Assembly (NCBI GenBank): GCA_964508025.1
Contig: CAZDSF010000005.1
Coordinates: 15,501 to 79,500 of the forward strand
Source of the DNA: an uncultured Anaerolineales bacterium
Lineage (GTDB): Bacteria; Chloroflexota; Anaerolineae; B4-G1; SLSP01
Reading direction: 5' to 3'
DNA: 64,000 nt
How positions within the stretch are numbered: position 1 is the first letter of the stretch; every line of letters begins with the position of its first letter. The position numbers were made by a program, and so were the translations under genes. Shown here piece after piece: positions 9,040-15,974 of the stretch. Under the pieces are notes generated by a model. It saw only the letters and a list, made by a program, of their open reading frames with translations, did not search any database and had not been told where the DNA came from.

Positions 9040-9074
9040 AAAGGCTCTATCCCTGCGGACAGGATAGAGCCTTT
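9040..9074. terminator. 13-bp stem hairpin flanked by AGAAA/TTTCT (bidirectional intrinsic terminator candidate) between the ars island and padR
   Basis: AAAGGCTCTATCC-ctgcggaca-GGATAGAGCCTTT followed by cttgg. Confidence 0.4.
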
Positions 9075-9127
9075 CTTGGCGTCAAGTGTGCGTTTGTGCT
9101 TAATCTTCCACCAGCGCCCGCACTGCT

Positions 9128-9780
9128 TCAGGTATCAATTGCCCTGGCGGCCCTCGCAGCTTCCCAGAATCCCCGCTTGCCCAGGGACTTTTCCAAATAC
9201 ACCAGCCCCAGCATGATGGGGACTTCCCAGAACAGTCCCATCGTAGTGCCCAGCACTGCCATCGCACCAACGCCGTATAACGCAACCGCCGTAGCAATGG
9301 CGATCTCGAAGTGACGGTAAGAGCCGATAATCACGGTAGTGATGGCCTCGCGGTAACTCAGGTTGAAAGCGCGGGTGATGAGCACATTATACCCCACCAC
9401 GATGACGAAACCCAGCAGCAGAGGGATAGAAACGCGCAACAGTGTATCGAAATTGCCTAACAAAACATCGCCATTCAGCGAGAAAAATCGGCAACGTGTT
9501 GATGCTGGTATTGATGACATTCTGCTCCTGGTTGCCGTTGGCTAGCTTGCCCCACACCAACAGCATCGCCGTACAAGGGCTAGAGCCTAGCAAAACAGCA
9601 GCGACCATCAGTTGCTCGTGGCCCTTCAAGCACAGGTTGACCAGCAACCGTGTGACCAACGGAGCCACGACCTGGTTCGAGAACAGGCTCAGCAGAATGG
9701 GTTTGGGTTTGTCTTTGTGACGCTTCAGTTCTGAGACTTACCGGTTGAGCAGGGCCAGGTACATCATCAAGAACCGGCAA
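9128..9780 (-). pseudogene. Fragmented second copy of an ACR3-family arsenite transporter (three out-of-frame pieces)
   Basis: ORFs 9128..9520, 9387..9668 and 9580..9780 (all minus strand) carry ACR3 motifs (SSPCTAMLLVWGKLANGN; FEIAIATAVALYGVGAMAVLGTTMGLFWEVPIMLGLVYL) homologous to the intact ACR3 at 10245..11336, but in different frames. Confidence 0.6.
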
Positions 9781-9882
9781 ATACTAATTGGGATAGAGAT
9801 ACTGCATTTGGAATTTGAGTGTTTCATTGAAAAAGCGGTTGAGGATAAACTGGGTGGGCAGATCTCCTTGATGCTAAACATT

Positions 9883-10245
9883 TTAGGGCGGGCAGACTGT
9901 GCAGCCGTCTGGTCCACAGGCGGGAATACGCGGCTGGATACGCTGCGCATCCAGCAAATGCTGCATCGCGGCGGCAAGCTCGGATAGCGTGGTTGAGTTG
10001 ACCGTATAGTAAATCCAGCGGGCATCTTGTGCGTCGCGTTCCGCAGTGACCAGGCCCACTTCCCGCAACACCCGCAGGTGATGCGAAATCAAGCTCAGGG
10101 ATACATCCAACTGCGCGGCCAGCTCACAGTTGCAGTGAACCCCTTCCATCAGCAGATTGAAGATCCGCAAGCGCAAGGGATCGGCCAACGCTTTGAGCAG
10201 CGCAGCTAGAGGCGTCGTATTCTGGAATAAGTCTGCTGTGGACAT
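9883..10245 (-). CDS. arsR: ArsR/SmtB-family metalloregulator
   Basis: HTH region LADPLRLRIFNLLMEGVHCNCELAAQLDVSLSLISHHLRVLREVGLV. The start overlaps the ACR3 stop (TGATG). Confidence 0.8.
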   Translation of the reverse strand: MSTADLFQNTTPLAALLKALADPLRLRIFNLLMEGVHCNCELAAQLDVSLSLISHHLRVLREVGLVTAERDAQDARWIYYTVNSTTLSELAAAMQHLLDAQRIQPRIPACGPDGCTVCPP

Positions 10246-11336
10246 CAGACTTCGACGCTCTGCGGCTGGACGAACAAGTGCTTGGTGCGCTTGCAGATTT
10301 CTACCAGAAACAGCATGGTGGGCACTTCGACCAAGACGCCCACAACCGCCGCCAGGGCCGCCCCCGATGACAGGCCGAAGAGCATGACGGACGTGGCAAA
10401 GGCTACCTCGAAATGATTGGATGTACCAATCAGTCCCAGCGGCGCGGCCTGCTCGTAAGGCAACTTAAACCAGCGCCCAAAGCCAAAATAAGCCAGCGCA
10501 AAGATGCCTAGCGTTTGGATGCTCAGGACGATGCTGATCCACAGAATGTGGAGTGGATTTTCCAGAATGACCTCGCCCTTGAAAGAGAAGAGCAAAATCA
10601 GCGTGGCTAATAGCGCGACGATACTCACCGGCGTGAGCGCCGGGACAAAGCGCTTATCGAACCAGGCCTGGCCTTTGTTTTCGATGATCCACTTGCGGGT
10701 AAAATATCCGCTGACCAGGGGCAGCGCAACATAGATCACCATAGACAGCAGCATGGTCTCCCAGGGGATCACGATGCCCACGCCGCCTAACATCAACGTT
10801 GCCACCGGCGCGAAGAGCACGAGGATCAATAGTGACATGAGCGCCACAATCACCAGCGTCAGCTCCATGCTGGCCTCAGCCAGATGGTTCCAGACCAGCA
10901 CCATCGCGGTGCAAGGCGCCACGCTCAGGAGCAGTAGCCCGGAAGTGTAGCTCCGCCATAGCTCGACCTCCTGGCCCGAGCTCAGAATCTCAGTGCCCAC
11001 GATCAATCCCCTGAAAACGTAACCCAGAAAGAAAATCGCCAGCACATACTTGGTAAAGGGTTTGATCAACCAATCAATGACGACGCTCAAGACAATGGGC
11101 TTGGGGTTTTTCGTGACCTTGAGCACTTGGGAGAAGTCAATTTTGACCATAATGGGATAGAGCATGAAGAACATGCAGATAGCAATGGGGATGGAGACAT
11201 GATAGAGCGCCATCGAATCCAGCCGTACAGCAAGCTCCGGGGCAACACGTCCTAGCAGAATCCCCGCGCCGATACATAAGAACACCCAAATCGTCAGATA
11301 ACGTTCGAACAGGTTAAGTCGTTTCTCTTGCGCCAT
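10245..11336 (-). CDS. acr3: ACR3-family arsenite efflux transporter
   Basis: A 10-TM profile with the ACR3 hallmarks (SVAPCTAMVLVWN; GTSNHFEVAFATSVMLFGL). The likely start is MAQEK (GGAGG 8 nt upstream); the track's earlier ATG sits inside the SD. Confidence 0.85.
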   Translation of the reverse strand: MAQEKRLNLFERYLTIWVFLCIGAGILLGRVAPELAVRLDSMALYHVSIPIAICMFFMLYPIMVKIDFSQVLKVTKNPKPIVLSVVIDWLIKPFTKYVLAIFFLGYVFRGLIVGTEILSSGQEVELWRSYTSGLLLLSVAPCTAMVLVWNHLAEASMELTLVIVALMSLLILVLFAPVATLMLGGVGIVIPWETMLLSMVIYVALPLVSGYFTRKWIIENKGQAWFDKRFVPALTPVSIVALLATLILLFSFKGEVILENPLHILWISIVLSIQTLGIFALAYFGFGRWFKLPYEQAAPLGLIGTSNHFEVAFATSVMLFGLSSGAALAAVVGVLVEVPTMLFLVEICKRTKHLFVQPQSVEV

Positions 11337-11447
11337 ATAAAAGCTCCTCACAGTAAGTTACACAACGGGCATGACTAAAATACTTAAACAACCATTAAAG
11401 TATATCATAGTCGACAACCACGTCAAGCGCCGAAGGATTTGAACGCC

Positions 11448-11489
11448 AAGCAAAAATTATCCCCGCGCCAGATTGATCTGACGCGGGGA
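11448..11489 (-). terminator. Rho-independent terminator after the thioredoxin-like gene block, upstream of the ACR3 promoter
   Basis: On the minus strand: CCCCGCGTCAGAT-caatc-TGGCGCGGGG followed by ATAATTTTTG. Downstream lies a TTGACG-16-TATACT promoter-like element at ~11385-11415. Confidence 0.5.
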
Positions 11490-11523
11490 CGGCGGGGCGT
11501 ATCCGCTACAATCTATGAGGAAA

Positions 11524-11790
11524 CTACTCCAGCCCCGCTTCGCGCAACGCGCCGATGAGGCTCTCTTTGCTGGGGGCCAACCCCACAAACTTCACCAGAT
11601 CGCCAATGACCAGCGCGGGCGCATTGCCGATGGCCTGTTCTTCCCAGGCGGGGTCGCCCGGCCCGGTGTGGAAGATGATTTCCACCTGCTCGCCGTATTC
11701 CGCTTCGATTTGCTTGAGCAGCCGCTTGACCGCGATCCCGCCAGAGCACGGCGGAATGGAAACAAACGCCTCGATGGTTATTTTAGACAT
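11524..11790 (-). CDS. Thioredoxin-fold small protein (single-Cys PPCSGG variant)
   Basis: Sequence MSKITIEAFVSIPPCSGGIAVKRLL..., 88 aa, paralogous to the neighbouring CxxC proteins. The larger 185-aa ORF is an upstream extension through GC-rich sequence. Confidence 0.55.
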   Translation of the reverse strand: MSKITIEAFVSIPPCSGGIAVKRLLKQIEAEYGEQVEIIFHTGPGDPAWEEQAIGNAPALVIGDLVKFVGLAPSKESLIGALREAGLE

Positions 11791-12047
11791 AGCCCACCCT
11801 CCCGGAGCGCGTTGTTGAGCGTGGCTTCGCTGGGACACATCCCCTCGATGCGGATGCTGCCGTTGACCACCGCAGCCGGCACGCAGAAAAGCCGGTACTC
11901 CTCGAATTTCTGCATCCCTTCGGCGCCTTTGTAGATGACCAGTTCCAGTTCGCCCGCGTATTTGGGCGCAATCCGTTCCGCCAGTTCCACCAGCGCCACA
12001 CAGCCCGGACACGGCGGATCGCCGCTGAACACTTCCAGTTTGACCAT
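11778..12047 (-). CDS. Thioredoxin-fold protein with CPGC active site
   Basis: Sequence MVKLEVFSGDPPCPGCVALVELAERIA..., with an AGGAGG RBS. Confidence 0.65.
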   Translation of the reverse strand: MVKLEVFSGDPPCPGCVALVELAERIAPKYAGELELVIYKGAEGMQKFEEYRLFCVPAAVVNGSIRIEGMCPSEATLNNALREGGLCLK

Positions 12048-12168
12048 GAATGCCTCCTTCTTCAAAAATAGCAAATGGCAAATTGCGAATAGCAAAACCC
12101 GTCAGCGGGCCAGTGTACCGCGAACTTTAGTTCGCTCTCCCGCTGCGATTGACGCTCCATGAACCGTT

Positions 12169-12426
12169 TTAGGCTTGCAGGTGCTTCTCGATGGCCGGAA
12201 TCAGTTGCGCCGCCGGGACGACTCTGCCGCGTCCCACCACCTCATCGTCAACCACGATCAGCGGTGTGGACAGAATGCCATACGCTTCCGCTTCCGGGCC
12301 GAGCGCGTCGAGTTTGACGACTTCGACCTGTCCGGCAAATCCCTCAGCGGCTTTGAGCGCTTCCCGTTCGGCGCGTTTGCAGTTGGAACAGGGCGGCGTC
12401 GTTCCGAATACCTTGATTTGTACCAT
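12169..12426 (-). CDS. Thioredoxin-fold protein with CSNC active site
   Basis: Sequence MVQIKVFGTTPPCSNCKRAEREAL... Confidence 0.65.
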   Translation of the reverse strand: MVQIKVFGTTPPCSNCKRAEREALKAAEGFAGQVEVVKLDALGPEAEAYGILSTPLIVVDDEVVGRGRVVPAAQLIPAIEKHLQA

Positions 12427-12471
12427 GTTTGAGCCTCACTTTTTCGCCGTATTGCTTTTCCGTCGTTTCGC

Positions 12472-12708
12472 TCACGCGCCCTGAAGCCAGGCGACAATCT
12501 CGCTCTTTTGCGGGATCCGCCCCGAACATTTCAGTTCTTCATCCACTACCAACGCGGGCGTAACTGCCACGCCGTAAGCCATGATCTCATCCATCTCTTT
12601 GACTTTGGTGAACGCGGCCTCCACGCCGGCTTCTGCCGCCGCCTCGCGGGCCAATTCTTCTAGCCGTTTACATTTGGGACATCCTTTGCCCAGAATCTTG
12701 ATTTCCAT
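12472..12708 (-). CDS. Redox-active disulfide protein 2-like thioredoxin-fold protein (CPKC)
   Basis: Sequence MEIKILGKGCPKCKRLEELAREAAAEAG..., with a GGAGGAAAC RBS. This family is typically paired with DUF318/ArsP permeases. Confidence 0.7.
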   Translation of the reverse strand: MEIKILGKGCPKCKRLEELAREAAAEAGVEAAFTKVKEMDEIMAYGVAVTPALVVDEELKCSGRIPQKSEIVAWLQGA

Positions 12709-12710
12709 GT

Positions 12711-12800
12711 TTCCTCCTGATTTGTGATGATGGTAATGGGTGATGGGGGATGCGAAAGCCTCATTACCCATTACCCATTGCCCATTACCCGTTACAGTCC
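12711..12800. repeat. Short hairpin plus degenerate tandem heptamer (ATTACCC x4) between the permease and thioredoxin genes
   Basis: Sequence ggtaatgggtgatggggg...cATTACCCATTACCCATTGCCCATTACCCgttac. The first part is complementary to the repeats, forming a stem-loop. Confidence 0.3.
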
Positions 12801-14188
12801 TACCCACTAATCCAACCAAAAATCAACCCAGCCAGCGTGCTGAACACGGCGACAAACCCCACATAGACCCAGGTTTTCTTTTGCCCGATGATTTTCTGCG
12901 TAATAAGGATGGATTGCAGGCTGAGTTCCGGGTCGGAAAGTAAGTAAGCCAGCAGCGGCCCGCGCTGCATCCCCAGCGAGAGGAAAGTCTGCGCGATAGG
13001 CACTTCCACCAGTGTGGGGAAATACATGAAGACGCCGAAGAACACGCCCGCCAGGTTCGCCCACACGGTATTACTGCCCGCCAGGGTGGTGATCCAGGTG
13101 GCCGGAATCAACACGCGCGCCGCGCCCGCGACAAACACGCCCACCAGCAGTAGCGGGATGATTTGCTTGACGAAGCGCCACATCTCCCAGAGCCATTCCT
13201 GGATCTCGTACTCCTCGAATTTCTTCAGCGCCATCCACCACACGCCGCCAAGTAGTGCGATTTCCGCGAGCAGCTTACCGGTCACGCCGATGGTCAGGCT
13301 CGTCTGCGACACGCTTACGCGGAACGAAGCAACCACCAGCGTCAAGGTGACCAGGCCCAGGGCCACCGGCGTCCAACCATTGAAGCCCTCATCCACATGC
13401 TCCAGGCCCTTCCACGCGGTTGCGCCGATGGCTGCCAGTAAGCCAATGAGGAGAACGCCGTGGATGCTCACCCCTTCGATGCCCAGCGCCGGATTCGGCG
13501 GAACCAGGCTATCGAGCCAGTTCTGGAAAGTGTAGGCCCAGTGTGTCGGTGCGGTCGTGCTGTCCGCCGCCAGCGCTGACCCCCCGCCGATTTCGAAAGT
13601 CAGGTAGCTGTTGGTGAGCAATCCGACCTGCAACGTCCCGGCGATGAGGATCCCCAGCAGCAGCGCGAAGAAGCCCCACGTCCGCGCGGGGACGGTTGCG
13701 CCCTGCGCGAACGCATCCTGCTGATTGGTTGCCTCATCGTGCGCCGCATCCGACTTGCGGAAGAGCCATGCCATCAGCAGGCCGATCCCCACGCCGAAGA
13801 TGATGGAGAGCACCACGCGCGCCAACGCAATATCCATCCCAATCGCCACGCCGGTGAGCGAGATCGCCAGGATATTGACCGCGGGGCCAACAAAGAGAAA
13901 GGTAATGGCCGGGCCGAGACCCGCGCCTTTTTTGTAGATGCTGGCGAACAGCGGCATGATCGTGCAGGAGCAGACCGCCAGCACAAAGCCGCCGAGGGCC
14001 GCCGCCGGATAGGAAATCCACTTGGGTGTGGTGCGACCCAGATATTTGGTGATCGCTTCTTTGGGAACCAGCGCCGATAGCGCTCCCGCGATGAGGAACG
14101 CGGGCAACAAGCACAGCAGCACATGGGCTGCCAGATATGCGGCCAGGCTGCCCAGCCCGGTCTGAAACAGATTGCCCAGATATTGCAT
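12800..14188 (-). CDS. Duplicated DUF318/ArsP-type permease (predicted permease COG0701; organoarsenical/arsenite-related)
   Basis: A 460-aa two-repeat membrane protein. Its CSC motif (VCSCTIMPLF) matches the ArsP TPFCSC signature. RBS AGGAGG precedes MQYLGNLFQ. It lies in the ars island next to thioredoxin-like genes. Confidence 0.7.
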   Translation of the reverse strand: MQYLGNLFQTGLGSLAAYLAAHVLLCLLPAFLIAGALSALVPKEAITKYLGRTTPKWISYPAAALGGFVLAVCSCTIMPLFASIYKKGAGLGPAITFLFVGPAVNILAISLTGVAIGMDIALARVVLSIIFGVGIGLLMAWLFRKSDAAHDEATNQQDAFAQGATVPARTWGFFALLLGILIAGTLQVGLLTNSYLTFEIGGGSALAADSTTAPTHWAYTFQNWLDSLVPPNPALGIEGVSIHGVLLIGLLAAIGATAWKGLEHVDEGFNGWTPVALGLVTLTLVVASFRVSVSQTSLTIGVTGKLLAEIALLGGVWWMALKKFEEYEIQEWLWEMWRFVKQIIPLLLVGVFVAGAARVLIPATWITTLAGSNTVWANLAGVFFGVFMYFPTLVEVPIAQTFLSLGMQRGPLLAYLLSDPELSLQSILITQKIIGQKKTWVYVGFVAVFSTLAGLIFGWISG

Positions 14189-14205
14189 GATAGTCAAGGG
14201 ATGCC

Positions 14206-14236
14206 TCCTGAAGCGATATTCAGTTCTGTGAATATG
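14206..14236. promoter_or_regulatory. Candidate ArsR operator (ATATTCA-N6-TGAATAT) in the permease promoter
   Basis: Sequence gATATTCAgttctgTGAATATgaatga. A related TTGAATATATGA is found upstream of arsC at ~15752-15770. Confidence 0.3.
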
Positions 14237-14240
14237 AATG

Positions 14241-14268
14241 AGCAGAAAAAAGACGCAGTGAATGCGTC
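14241..14268 (-). terminator. Rho-independent terminator downstream of arsR(2)
   Basis: On the minus-strand RNA: GACGCAuucacUGCGUC followed by UUUUUUCUGC. Confidence 0.55.
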
Positions 14269-14299
14269 GCTTTATCATATTCAACAAACTGAATGTATA

Positions 14300-14695
14300 T
14301 TACTCCCGTTCAGGTGATTTGTCAATAGGGCAGCCGCAATTCGGTTGTTGCGGGGCGGCGGCATCTTCAGGATTGATGAGCGCACATTCTCCCAACGTGG
14401 CGTGAATGGTCTCCGCCATCTCTAGCAGCGTATGCACCTCCGAGCGTGCGATGCGATACCAGACATTCCAGCCATCCTTGCGGAAACAGACCAGTCCCGC
14501 CTCGCGCAGCAGCGTCAATTGTTGGGAGACATACGCCTGGCGCAAATCGAGCGCGGCTTCGATCTCGCACACACACAACTCTTGACCTTCCAGCAGACGG
14601 AGAATGGCTAACCGCTGCGGATGACTCAACGCTTTGAACAGGCTTGCCAGTTCTTCGTTTGTGATCTTAGATTGCTTTTGGAATTCATGCTGCAT
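14300..14695 (-). CDS. arsR: ArsR-family As(III)-responsive repressor with the canonical CVC metal-binding site
   Basis: Sequence LSHPQRLAILRLLEGQELCVCEIEAALDLRQAYVSQQLTLLREAGLV, plus an extra C-terminal CGC pair. Confidence 0.8.
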   Translation of the reverse strand: MQHEFQKQSKITNEELASLFKALSHPQRLAILRLLEGQELCVCEIEAALDLRQAYVSQQLTLLREAGLVCFRKDGWNVWYRIARSEVHTLLEMAETIHATLGECALINPEDAAAPQQPNCGCPIDKSPERE

Positions 14696-14724
14696 TGGAA
14701 AACACCCCTCATAACCGCTGTGCG

Positions 14725-15246
14725 CTACTTCGGTTTGTACGCATTCAGCATCGAGCGTGGCGGGAAGGTGATGGCTTTGGGCTTGCATATCCCCGCACAA
14801 GAGCTACACCCCACCACGCACGCGAAGGGGTCAACCACCCACACCTTGCCTTCTTCGGTGGGTGCAAGGCAGTGCGTGCTACACAGTTTGAGGCACACGC
14901 CGCAGCCATCGCAGAGCTCATCATTGACCGTAGGGAACCAGGAGACGCTCTCGCGTGGATGGCCGCGCCATGTGCCATAGCCACCTTTGCGGATAGGGAT
15001 GCCGCTTTCGCCGCGCGCCAGATACGCGGCATACTCGCGCTCCAATGCGGCGGCGAAATTCGCCTGCGCGCTGCGCGGAATGTAATTGTCGCGGCTCAAG
15101 CGCTGCACCAGCTCCATGCCCAGCTCGGCTTCGCCCGGCTGCCGGCCTTCGACACGCAGGGCCTCCAGTGTTTCGTCCAGCCCTTGCAGTCCTACCGGTG
15201 AACCATCTACCAGAATTTGGCGATAAGACATCGCAAACCTGCTCAC
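14725..15246 (-). CDS. Two-domain protein: unknown ~100-aa N-terminal domain plus C-terminal 2x[4Fe-4S] ferredoxin domain, embedded in the ars operon
   Basis: Cys motifs CDGCGVCLKLC and CVVGCSSCAGIC. No recognisable family for the N-terminal domain (MSYRQILVDGSPVGLQGLDETLEALRVEG...). Confidence 0.55.
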   Translation of the reverse strand: MSRFAMSYRQILVDGSPVGLQGLDETLEALRVEGRQPGEAELGMELVQRLSRDNYIPRSAQANFAAALEREYAAYLARGESGIPIRKGGYGTWRGHPRESVSWFPTVNDELCDGCGVCLKLCSTHCLAPTEEGKVWVVDPFACVVGCSSCAGICKPKAITFPPRSMLNAYKPK

Positions 15247-15282
15247 TGCTCTCTATGAGCTATTCTCATCAACGGGCCGCGC

Positions 15283-15738
15283 CTAAAGCGAAAACTGCAT
15301 GGGATGGGCCTGCGTCAACGCTTCCGGCAGCGTCTCGATGTAAGCGCGGATTTCATCGCGCACGCGGCGATAGTGTACGAGCGCTTCCTCTTCCGTTTTG
15401 GCATCGGCGGCCAGCTTGGGCGGATCATCGAAGCCGTGATGGATGACGGTAGCCCGCCCCGGGAAGACCGGGCAATGCTCTTGCGCGTGCCCGCAGACGG
15501 TGATGACGTAATCGAAGGGGATATGCAGCACCTCGCTAACGCGCTTGCTGTGGTGGCCGGAGATGTCCACACCAGCCTCCGCCATCACTTTGACCGCATT
15601 GAGATTCATCCCATGCGTCTCGATGCCCGCCGAGTATGCCACGATCTGCTCGCCCTTGAGCGCGCGCGCCCAACCTTCAGCCATCTGGCTGCGGCACGAG
15701 TTGCCAGTGCAGAGAAACAAAACTTTGAGTTTGGACAT
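15283..15738 (-). CDS. arsC: Arsenate reductase, LMW-PTP (thioredoxin-coupled) family
   Basis: Sequence MSKLKVLFLCTGNSCRSQMAEGW... (CX5R P-loop) with downstream Cys residues. Confidence 0.85.
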   Translation of the reverse strand: MSKLKVLFLCTGNSCRSQMAEGWARALKGEQIVAYSAGIETHGMNLNAVKVMAEAGVDISGHHSKRVSEVLHIPFDYVITVCGHAQEHCPVFPGRATVIHHGFDDPPKLAADAKTEEEALVHYRRVRDEIRAYIETLPEALTQAHPMQFSL

Positions 15739-15896
15739 AGCTGCTCCCGCTTTCGTATTCATAAAGTTGAATATATGATACTCTAAAAAGGCGCGTGCGC
15801 AAGCTATTCATGGTGCAGGGCTATCGCACTCGACGCTTTGGGGCAGTAATACGGCCTAAAGGCCAGGGAAAAAGCTGAATGCCATGCTAAGCTAGC

Positions 15897-15939
15897 GCTA
15901 GTCTCGTGAGCGTATTACGCTCACGAGACTAGCTTTTCT
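15897..15939 (+). terminator. Very strong 16-bp hairpin followed by TTTTCT; oriented as a plus-strand terminator although no plus-strand gene precedes it
   Basis: GCTAGTCTCGTGAGCG-tatta-CGCTCACGAGACTAGC-TTTTCT. Confidence 0.5.
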
Positions 15940-15974
15940 AGCCATTGTAGCTGCTCGCTCTAGCGCTAACCGCG

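Noticed and set aside
11380-11470. Possible tRNA-like T-arm (GGCGTTCAAATCC) on the minus strand
   Set aside because: No matching acceptor or anticodon stems could be built. The region is better explained as the ACR3 promoter plus an upstream terminator.
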